Positions 25,223-34,622 of a DNA stretch of 64,000 bases are shown one piece after another. Numbering within the stretch: position 1 is the stretch's first letter; each line of letters begins with the position of its first letter. The notes beneath the pieces are model-generated. The model ran no database searches and had not been told where the DNA came from. It saw only the letters and a list, made by a program, of their open reading frames with translations. Made by a program: the position numbers and the translations under genes. The DNA is from Glycera tridactyla (taxonomy: Eukaryota), in assembly GCA_965644265.1 (NCBI GenBank), contig OZ286474.1, forward strand, positions 59,148,001 through 59,212,000. Direction: 5' to 3'.

Positions 25223-26942
25223 TCTTGCCTGGGTTGAAACTGCCTGCTTTTAAAGCCTTCTGATGAAGCACGAGGTGAAAAGTTGACCAGGGAAACGGCT
25301 TCACCATTTGGGAACGGAGTACTCTGAAATTCCTGTCATAGAACATGAAATTACCACCGTTATTGTCCAATTCCCTTATCTCATGAACATAAATGAGTAG
25401 GTCGCAACCTTCCCTCGCTCGTTGTTGAGCATTTTTGAAGGGGTGAGCGTTGTAGATAGCCTGAAAGACTAGAAATGCCTGTTCCCACTCTGAAATAGAT
25501 CTAATGGACTTTTTCTTTTTAGAGAGAACGAACTCCCCAGATTTCCCATCTACTTTATAGTGCTTATTCAATAGTTCTGTCGGCTGTAAAAGCTCTTCTA
25601 ACTCAATATATTTGTCCTGCCATATTGATATTCGGGTGTCTAAGTCCACATTGAACCCTATTGGTAGACCCGCCGAAATTATATTTCGAGGGCTTGGATC
25701 ACACAATATATCCGATTCATTTATCGATCTGAAATCAGGAAGACTACGGAAAGGAGACAATGCCGTACATTCATCAGCACTATCTCCTGTATCTCTGATC
25801 CCTTGTAGTCTGGCACCGTCTGCTAAGCGAGCCGTGCCATGATCGTCATGGCTGGCTACACCCCGCCGTAACAAATTCAACCTGTGGTACATGGACATGT
25901 CAATTTCATCATCGCCTGCCGTGACGGTAAGCGGAGGCACACTATGCGGGTCAGAACTGACTGCCGCGAACACATTGTTTGGGTTGAAATTGACACGGCC
26001 ACCCTCACCACGGGTTGAAGACAAACGCCCCGCATGTAAACTATTGTTGTTGTGACCTAAGCCTAACCGTTCGTCTCTGTCATTGAAGTTAAGTCTCGTT
26101 GTCTGTCCGTCCGCCGTCCCTGCCGTCTGTCTTGTTTGATTCGAACTGCCTGTAAAATTAATACTGTGGCACACTGGCCTGCTACGGCCACTGTACTGTC
26201 TTTCATCTTTATCCGAACTACCTAAGACTGTGTTCGACATGAAGAGTAAACGGTCGTTACCTTGCAAAGAATGTCCGCCGTTACTTTGTGAGGCAGCTTC
26301 TGTCGGTCGCCCTCCGATGCCAGTCCCAGTACCGAGACCGTCGATTCTGGCCTGCATGCTCAGCATGATGTTGGACAAGTCCGAAATCTGCCGTGTTGCC
26401 ATTGCTATGGTTGATCTGAAGTCTGACCTGAGTTCGTTTATCGCAGCCAGCCTGGTTGTATCGCCGTGCTCCGACACGTGGTCGTTACTTGCAGAGCCTG
26501 TCGCTCCTAGGGTACTTCCGCTATTCCGCATGCGCAAATCACACGGCACCGGAGAAGGCGACCCACCAATGCCTCCTCCTACGTGCCTATTTCAAATATT
26601 GCAAGCATTGTCTGATGAACGTTGTAACCTATCCAAACGTTGGCCCAGACCACCGTTTCGGGGTTCACAGACTGAACCCTCAACGTTCATAGGGTGACAA
26701 TTGCCAACTGAATTGGGAGGCGGTTGACCACACGGGATTTGACTTCCAAATCCGAAAGCACCCACCTGAGCAGGGCCAGACGCCCTCGAATCCGTGCCGT
26801 TCAGCAAATCCGAAAATGGATCACGACCGCTCCCATTACATGTCAGCGGCCTAAAATCCTCGTCACCCGATGGTCCTCCCAGCGCTGCCGGCTTCCTTTT
26901 CGCGCCGTTACCATTGTCTTCCAAAATGCTCCTTTTCGCCAT
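24984..26942 (-). CDS. Gag-like ORF (~652 codons) with one in-frame TGA at 26592-26594
   Basis: Track ORFs 26592-26942 and 24984-26549 are in the same frame, separated by a single TGA (..ACNI*NRHVGGGIGGSPSPV..). The C-terminus has the DIRS gag motifs EWEQAFLVF and YDRNFR and a Cys/His finger, CNFYH..C..PSCSFKHTCPTCAGSHPLYMC. Confidence 0.85.
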
Positions 26943-27094
26943 CTGTAATCATGATTTTTATCCCAGAACAGTATTTTGTCACAATATGTCACTGAATGTC
27001 CGTCACAACAACCATAGAAAATTATAAATTAGCTGTTAACCTCTAACAACAACAAAGAAAAACAACAACAATAACGTATCCCACTTTCAACTGT

Positions 27095-27847
27095 CTAGAA
27101 CAACGGATTGAGCCCTCGAACCACTCTGCCGAGTCCTGGTACACAGTCCAGCACTGCCTGCCTGAGTTCAAGACGATATTTCCTTGAATAACGTGAGTTT
27201 GGTTTTGGATGAATACCATCCCTACTCCACCTTAGAATGGTTCGAGGAGCAATGTCCAACAATGATCCAAACCCTCTGGTATCATGATAAACCAAACCCG
27301 GCATATGCAGACAGCAGTTTTCCACTTGTGCATTAAATACACGAGCCCTAGGCCTGAAGGCCACAGGCGAAACGAGCCTGTCCAGGCAAGACATGATGTC
27401 AATCATTTTGATGTCATGCTGCGTACGCAGGTTTACAGCTATCTCACATAAGTCTACTGCCAAAGTCCGTGGATCATTGTTGGGTTTCACCAAATCATTG
27501 GACCCTAAGTCCAAAACCACTACATCAGGGACTAATTCGCTAGCGAAGCCTAACTCCTCCAAAATCCCGTGATTGTCTGGATAGTCCTTCAGAAAAGTGC
27601 AAGACCTCAAGTGAACGGCCTGGAATGTATCTGAAAGATTCAGTAGCCTAGCGTACACCTCTGCTCTAGTCATGTTCCCCACCTCTATCTCATGTCCAAA
27701 CCTCCCTTCCTGGATGATAGTATCCAAGTCGTCCTTCTGGTGTTGAACAAAAGAATGTCCCAAAATTAGTCCTACCGGTTTCCGACCTAACCATTGTTCT
27801 ATTGGAACATACGGCGACTTCGCCTGCCAATGCGCCATGCCTATCAT
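27095..27847 (-). CDS. SGNH/GDSL hydrolase (esterase-like), 250 aa from the first ATG
   Basis: Block I GHSF, block III LDLGSND and block V DGIH are present, so the catalytic S, D and H are intact. Confidence 0.85.
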   Translation of the reverse strand: MIGMAHWQAKSPYVPIEQWLGRKPVGLILGHSFVQHQKDDLDTIIQEGRFGHEIEVGNMTRAEVYARLLNLSDTFQAVHLRSCTFLKDYPDNHGILEELGFASELVPDVVVLDLGSNDLVKPNNDPRTLAVDLCEIAVNLRTQHDIKMIDIMSCLDRLVSPVAFRPRARVFNAQVENCCLHMPGLVYHDTRGFGSLLDIAPRTILRWSRDGIHPKPNSRYSRKYRLELRQAVLDCVPGLGRVVRGLNPLF

Positions 27848-27899
27848 TGAAATGGGAGACCCGAAACAGAACAAAGGCTACCTTAGAACGGTCAGTTGA

Positions 27900-27936
27900 A
27901 AGTGGGCCGAGGCCACGTGTGTTCACGCCTTTTATA
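27900..27936 (-). promoter_or_regulatory. TATA box and initiator-like start of the retrotransposon transcript
   Basis: TATAAAA at 27936-27930, CACGTG in between, and a YYANWYY match (CCACTTT) with the A at 27903. Confidence 0.55.
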
Positions 27937-29074
27937 CCTGCTATCAACACGCCCTCTAACAGATCTATATATGAGCAGAAAAATTCAGAATTAGCATTCA
28001 AGTATAACAAATACAAGGTCATGATACTATAAAGAGCTGTGTCTGTCCGAACCTAAAAACTAAATTATATTTATGAAATGAACGGCGTATTCCTGTAATA
28101 GCGTGACATCTGTAGGAAAGCGCCGTGTCATTCCTCAAAAATTACTTCCTATCCTGGCCATCCAAAAAACTCATTTATTCAGCAATAAATTAATATTATT
28201 CTACTTTTGAAAGTTTGCAGTTCCGACCTTCACAGACCCCACCTTCACAAAACCTGAATGCAAAATGATGAGGAACCATAGAGGTTGTCAAGTGGAAGGT
28301 GCTGGAAAATCAGACACACCTCGATGATATCATCATGATTTCTGTGACTTTTAAGGAGAATGGTGAATATTTTGTGAGATACAGGTCTTACTAGAACTAT
28401 CCATTTTTTACGAGTATGCTGCATGGAGTCTTTTGAATGTTGCCGCAGTCCCGAAGTGAACCATTTAAACATGTTGCAGTAAAAAAAAAAAGAGCGTGTC
28501 TGTTAGCAATTATTCCCACTACAAGATGGTATGGGGGATGATGACACAAGCATGCGTGATGAATACATGCTACGATGAGTACCACGTGAGTTTCATCATG
28601 AAAGAAATACATAATGCGGCGGAACCTGTAGTAAACAACCACTTTCTTAGGCGATCACTTTCTGGTTTCCTGATGGAGTAATTCTCACTATGATATTTGT
28701 GTGATAGGCAGCCAGCTGTCTTCAGCAACCAGTTGTTTTGGTTTCCCAAGAGTGTCTTCTTGATACATAGAAACACCTGAAATTGTGAGCTCGGCCCAAC
28801 CACCCTCAAGATCACCATTCCTACCACAGTCAACCGCAGCAGCAGCAGCAGCAGCAACATCAGCAGCAGTATCATCACCACTAGAAGGCAGGTATCAATG
28901 TCAAAGCGTCTCAAAATCCGTTCTGGTGCCCAGGAATGAACCTAATGTCACATGCAATTACATGGACATCATGATAACGCCGACCGCATGAATACTACAT
29001 GAAACAATTTTCCATCTTGTTCCCTGAATTTTATGCCATTCTCGTTCTAATACAATGATAACAAAGACAACAAC

Positions 29075-29347
29075 AACAACAACAACAACAGCGATGATGA
29101 CGACGACGACGACGACGACTGCTACTACCATTACCCTTGCTACAGCTTCTGTTGCTATTACTGCAACTACTGCTACTGCTATTGCAACTACTGCTACTAC
29201 TATTACAACTACTGCTACTACTATTGCAACTTTTGCTGCTCCTATTACTGCTACTACTGCTACTACTGCGGTGACCACCACCACCATCCCTCACCACTAC
29301 CAGTACCGGTAGCACCAACAATACCGTCAATGCTACTGCTGCTGCTG

Positions 29348-29378
<31 letters not shown>

Positions 29379-29416
29379 ATTTACTTTTACTTCACTGCTA
29401 CTGCTGCTACTACTAT

Positions 29417-29460
<44 letters not shown>

Positions 29461-29510
29461 GTAGTAGTAGATGTAGTAGTGGTAGTAGTATTACTGCTGA
29501 TTCTAATACC
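29075..29510. repeat. (ACA/ACG/ACT/GCT)n trinucleotide field
   Basis: Direct inspection; it explains the poly-T/V/S ORFs. Confidence 0.9.
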
Positions 29511-30790
29511 ACTACCACTGAAATGCATCTCCACTGATTCTAGACTTTCAATATGATAGAGAGTGGCAGTAGGGCAAAGATTGATATCTGGATTAGTGTC
29601 TGATGAATTTGATATAAGCGGTTGAGGAGTTCTTAATAAACCTGCCATTGGCGCAGCTGCTTCACAGTTGTACTATTAAACCTCACATGTGTATGAACAA
29701 TTATGGGATAACGACGCCGGTCACGTGACCACCGGTATGGACACACAAACTGACCAGCACGCTGGACACACAACTGACCACGTGCGTCATTCATGAGTTT
29801 ACACTGGACAATTATTTACTTTTTCACCTCACTGATTGACCTGTAATGAAGCTTGATGAGGAGGGGAATTAGAGAGGGTTGTGAAGCTGATGTATGCATG
29901 CGGCCAACTTTGCTGGGTGTCAGGGTGGAAGCAAGGTAAGACCTCCTACAGAGGCAGATGTTGACCAAGGCGCACGAAAATGAATGAAAAAAAAACACCA
30001 TGGAGAAATCAAACCTCACCCAACTCACATTTTATTCTACATTATCCCCCCCCCCCGTATTGTCTGTCTGACTGCCTGTCCAGTTGTCTGCCTGCCTGCC
30101 TGCCTGTCGCCCCATCCTCAATCCTTCTCGCACTTTCCGTCATTTGTGTTTTGTCTTCCCCATACTCACAATCCTCCTCCCCTTCCCTGGTTCTACCCCC
30201 CCCCCATTGTACCCATCCTCCGTGCTGTAACCTGCATCCTGCATCCTCCATCCTCCATCCTCCGGGGAAAGTGAAAAATACGGTCCCCTGTTTTCGAGCA
30301 CCTGTCGAATGTAAGAAAACGGTCCTATAGTTACTATTTATTGATAAATATGTCAGCAATGTGTTTCTATCAATATAATTCCTATTAGGTGACGACGAAG
30401 TGTAGCATCTTTCCATAAAATTAATATTTTCTGTCTTTCCAACTGATTTAAAAGCCGTATCAAAAGGGGAAAAATCCCCCGGGGATAGCCTGTCATGACA
30501 AGAGTGTAGCATCATTTGTTTCTACTTTGATTTCCAACAAAAACGAACTCAACCTCCAAAACAATCAATATTCAACAATAAAATCAACTAATTTCGCTAA
30601 TCAAATACCTGATTTGACTTGTCTGGTCGTTTTAGTGACTAAAAATCGCTAATAAATGTGTCACAAGCACCTGCTTCGTGGTGGCTGCCATTTTTGTTGT
30701 GAGCGTATTAATACGACAGTTGCCTGTGATGAGGCCAGAAGCGCTCCACCAGTGCAGTCCCACAGCAGGTACTACTTCATATGTTTTAAC

Positions 30791-30877
30791 ATGTCAGCTT
30801 CTTGCTCCATGAGTGAATCCCTCCATCCATGCAGTCCCACTGCCATTGAATCATCAAGGAAATGCAGCAAAAAACAG
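30791..30877 (+). CDS. Merlin cargo gene, shared first coding exon (inferred)
   Basis: ATG 30791, MSASCSMSESLHPCSPTAIESSRKCSKKQ, then the strong donor CAG|gtaagt (phase 0). Confidence 0.55.
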
Positions 30878-30970
30878 GTAAGTGAGCCAGCTGTGTGCTC
30901 TCTAGCTGAGAAGGTTGGAAATGCTTGCCGCCAAGTTCTGAAAGTGAAATCACCAGATCTTCCCCAACAG

Positions 30971-31004
30971 AATACTGGTAAACTGCAGGATTCCACATCT
31001 GAAG
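30971..31004 (+). CDS. Merlin cargo gene, 34-nt cassette exon of isoform B (inferred)
   Basis: Acceptor tcttccccaacag|, donor GAAG|gtgagt; phase 0 in, phase 1 out. Confidence 0.5.
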
Positions 31005-31359
31005 GTGAGTTAATGTTATTTTAAGTGTTATTGGAAGTGATATATTAAAACATAGATTAAAATAGGGTAAAGACTTGAAATAGAAACTTAATAAATAATG
31101 CTCAATTGGAGTTTTTTTGGGGTTGAGGTTTTATTCATCACTCACTGTGTTGTTGGTACTGTTGATAGCATCTCAATGACATGTTTCAGTCACATTTTGT
31201 ATGCCAATTAATGTTATTTAATCAGCTCTAATTAAGTAAATCACTCATGAAATACATTATTTCAACAAGATTGAAGTCCTCCCATGGATGAATAACATTG
31301 GAAAATATGCAGGAAAATCTCAAATTAGACAGTTACCAGTAATTTCTTTTCTTTTCCAG

Positions 31360-31779
31360 ATAAAAAAGGAGGAACCGTCCCACTCCACTAGTCAATTTCA
31401 AGCCTACGTCAACACAGGTATGCCTACCTCTGGTGAAAAGAAACGCGATTTGTGGGCTGACATCCAAAGTATAGTTGGCAAAGGGAAGGACATGCCGAAC
31501 TGCATCAGCATCTTATTCTTCAAAAAATACCTCAAGCACTGGGACAGGGTGATGCTTGCAGCATTCACGTATTGGAATGGTTTAAATCCTGAAATAATGA
31601 TGGAGTGGGTGCGCCTAAATCAACAGTGCCATGACGTTTCTGGAGAGAAAGAGCTGGAGAGTCTCATCGATGCATACAACAAGGGGAAACACTACAACAT
31701 GTATTCATTTTCCATGATAAACCAGCGCTGGGAATATTTTGATGGCCGAGTACGCATTCCCTACCATAACAGAAACTGA
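31360..31779 (+). CDS. Merlin cargo isoform A terminal exon; helical domain resembling primase PriL-CTD/PriX
   Basis: Strong acceptor ttcttttcttttccag|ATA (phase 0). Encodes MPNCISILFFKKYLKHWDRVMLAAFTYWNGLNPEIMMEW..YNMYSFSMINQRWEYFDG. The domain assignment is by eye only. Confidence 0.65.
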   Translation: MKKEEPSHSTSQFQAYVNTGMPTSGEKKRDLWADIQSIVGKGKDMPNCISILFFKKYLKHWDRVMLAAFTYWNGLNPEIMMEWVRLNQQCHDVSGEKELESLIDAYNKGKHYNMYSFSMINQRWEYFDGRVRIPYHNRN

Positions 31780-31808
31780 AGTAAGTTCTTTTTTTCTCTT
31801 TTTTTCAG

Positions 31809-32392
31809 ATCCCGACATGTCTCGGATGCTATCTGAGGTGTTCTCAGTACCGATCGTGAGGACCCACTATAATGCCAGCTTTCCCGGGGCCAAAATCCAT
31901 CATGCCATAACAGAGGACAGGAAAATGTATCGGCCATTAACTCTTCAGACAGGCCTGGGACAGTGCTGCTACTCGAACACATGCCGGCGAGGATTTGCAA
32001 ATATGCCATTGAATTTGTTGAATTGTGAGCCACAGCGCTACGTAGATGGGATGTCGGCTGGAATGAATTATGAAGGCTGTTGCCAGAGCTGTGGGAACCC
32101 CATTCCTAGCCATGCTTCTTATCGATTTCTCAGTGTGGATGTTGTTCAGTGGGTCAGAAATTACCTAAAAACGGACGGTGATTGGCGGCAGGTGCACGGC
32201 GAGGGAGAAGTAACACAAATGTTCTACTTGTATATTGCAAAAAAACAACAAAGGATCAAGAGCAAACCAATCAGGAAGAACTTGATAAATGTATTGATAA
32301 TCCACCCAATGCACAACAGTTACCGGTTCCACCACCAGACATTCACATATCCCCCCACAACTCCAATGTGTATTCTTTCCTTGAACATATAA
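31809..32392 (+). CDS. Merlin cargo isoform B terminal exon; Cys-rich protein of unknown function
   Basis: Acceptor tttttctctttttttcag| in phase 1 restores the long frame DPDMSRMLSEV..CCYSNTC..CCQSC.. A likely -1 continuation follows from the A7 run at 32239-32245. Confidence 0.5.
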
Positions 32393-33671
32393 TGAAAGAG
32401 AGTGAACATGAACTTGATTTAGACATTATTGGCAAAACTAATTTCATTTGCAAATGCACGCCAAGTGAGGATAAGTCATCTGAGCCATCAACAGAACCTG
32501 TATATGATGTAAAAACAGCNNNNNNNNNNNNNNNNNNNNNNNNNNNNNNNNNNNNNNNNNNNNNNNNNNNNNNNNNNNNNNNNNNNNNNNNNNNNNNNNN
32601 NNNNNNNNNNNNNNNNNNNNNNNNNNNNNNNNNNNNNNNNNNNNNNNNNNNNNNNNNNNNNNNNNNNNNNNNNNNNNNNNNNNNNNNNNNNNNNNNNNNN
32701 NNNNNNNNNNNNNNNNNNNNNNNNNNNNNNNNNNNNNNNNNNNNNNNNNNNNNNNNNNNNNNNNNNNNNNNNNNNNNNNNNNNNNTAAGAGTGAGTGAGT
32801 GAGTGGGTGAGTGGGTGGGTGAGTGAGTGGGTGATTGAGTATGAGTNNNNNNNNNNNNNNNNNNNNNNNNNNNNNNNNNNNNNNNNNNNNNNNNNNNNNN
32901 NNNNNNNNNNNNNNNNNNNNNNNNNNNNNNNNNNNNNNNNNNNNNNNNNNNNNNNNNNNNNNNNNNNNNNNNNNNNNNNNNNNNNNNNNNNNNNNNNNNN
33001 NNNNNNNNNNNNNNNNNNNNNNNNNNNNNNNNNNNNNNNNNNNNNNNNNNNNNNNNNNNNNNNNNNNNNNNNNNNNNNNNNNNNNNNNNNNNNNNNNNNN
33101 NNNNNNNNNNNNNNNNNNNNNNNNNNNNNNNNNNNNNNNNNNNNNNNNNNNNNNNNNNNNNNNNNNNNNNNNNNNNNNNNGAGCGAGTGAGCGAGGGTGC
33201 AATGATAATATCATTCTCATTCAGTTTTGCAACGTCCATCATGACCGGGTTTACTTCACTTGAATTAATGGGGAACAAAAATATTGGGTGGGTAGATGCC
33301 ATTGGATGGAGTCATATATTTATAGAGGAGAATTATTCAGTTCGGCAAAGTCATAAATGGCCGGGTTTACTTAACAATTTATCTTCACCAGCATATCTTC
33401 CCATGTGCGATTGTGGTTGGGTGGGTGGTGAATGGGGGAGGGATGGCGATCTAGGGCTTCGTTAATGCAATGTGCTTAGGCATCGGGTTTACTTAGTGTT
33501 TTTTCTGTACATTTCAACCAATGAAATCAACTGGAATAAAATCAATGACATCACTTACCTAATCAATGGAAACATCTCTTTTTGCAGTTTGTTGTTCTTC
33601 TGTAATCTTTACTTTCAGCTTCCTTCTTTGGGTTACGGTATAAAAATAAATGTATCTATTGCACGAGCATC

Positions 33672-34622
33672 CTAATGGAAACGGGCCTGCGGCATAGCCT
33701 GACGCATTGCCACGTCCACCTGCTCATTGCCGCAAGGGTAGTAATGGGCCATTATGTTGACCAGCTTGGCGAAAATGTCCTCGCGTTTCGCGTTTCACCT
33801 GAACGTGACTTCATCCAAGTATGCTGGGAGCCTCTCTGTTCTCACACCATGCATCGACTTGAAAATGCACTTCAAGTTTCCCCAACAACCCTCGATGGAC
33901 TGCGTGTGCGTACCATCTTCAGGGTCAACGTAGTTGTCCGAGTGGTTGACAGTTTGGTGAACGTACTGGTTTTCGTGTTGGCCCAAGCGAGCATAGGCTG
34001 CCCACTGGTCAGAGTATATTGTCGTCCTTGGAACAATGTGCCGAACGATGTGGCTGACGAGCTCCTCCCTTGTGCGGTTAGGAACTATGGCAAGAACCAC
34101 CTTCTTCGTAGTTCGGGAGAGCATGCCAAACACCCACGGAGAATCAGCCATCGCTCTACCCCTGTTGTATTTACGCTTCCCACGCCAAAGGGACTCGTCG
34201 ATTTCAACGATTTCGCCAGGTCCACCGAGTTGGACTGGGTGATCCAGCATCCACCGAGACATACAGTCACGAAACAGATTGTACCAGTCCATGATGGACT
34301 TCTCACACATGTGACTCCCAATCATTTTCGCAGCATCCACAATTTGAACTTGTAGAGAGAATAAATAAAGTACCATGAGAAGTGTCTGTAAATCAAGTTT
34401 TTGCTTCTCGAAGAAGCTGCCAGTACGTATGGATTTTCTGCCTCTGCACTGTGGGCACTTCCAGGTAAACCCATCTGCTTGCCTTTGCTCATACTTCTGC
34501 TGGCGCATCCACACATTACAAACATCACATACCTGTCCTTCTCTTAATAGGCCATTCTCTCGCATGAAAACTATAGAGTTTTCCTTCGATGCAGTAATAA
34601 TCCCGATTTGGAAGATATCCAT
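33672..34622 (-). pseudogene. Merlin DDE transposase (316 codons) with one premature TGA at 33795-33797
   Basis: N-terminal C-x2-C..C-x2-C finger, then SIRTGSFFE, VEIDES, KYNRGR, WVFG, IYSDQWAAY, VNHSDNYVDP..HTQSIEGCW and YLDE. The frame continues past the TGA (FR*NAKREDIFAKLVNIMAHYYP..) to TAG at 33672. Confidence 0.92.

Larger units (their letters stand above)
22351..27906 (-). mobile_element. Tyrosine-recombinase retrotransposon (DIRS order, Ngaro-like ORF set: no methyltransferase, with SGNH hydrolase)
   Basis: Overlapping gag, RT-RNase H and YR ORFs plus an SGNH ORF on one strand. Boundaries are inferred from AGTGGG-core motifs at 22351 and 27901 and their internal complement at 27076-27093. 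No long ITRs or split direct repeats were seen. Confidence 0.9.

Noticed and set aside
23565-26697. Several plus-strand ORFs inside the retrotransposon
   Set aside because: Antisense shadows of gag and RT
22121-28146. 12-bp direct repeat TCAAAAATTACT at 22121 and 28135 as TSD or terminal repeat
   Set aside because: AT-rich and short, with no extension. YR elements do not make long TSDs. Plausibly chance.
28514-28522. TCCCACTAC, complementary to the left-end motif
   Set aside because: Only 9 bp, does not extend, and lies beyond an unrelated repeat
26592-33797. Non-standard genetic code (TGA as sense) suggested by two single in-frame TGAs
   Set aside because: Other ORFs in the same elements end at appropriately placed TGA codons (RT, cargo A), so independent nonsense mutations are simpler
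33675-34355. 226-aa plus-strand ORF
   Set aside because: Antisense shadow of the Merlin transposase; no recognisable motifs
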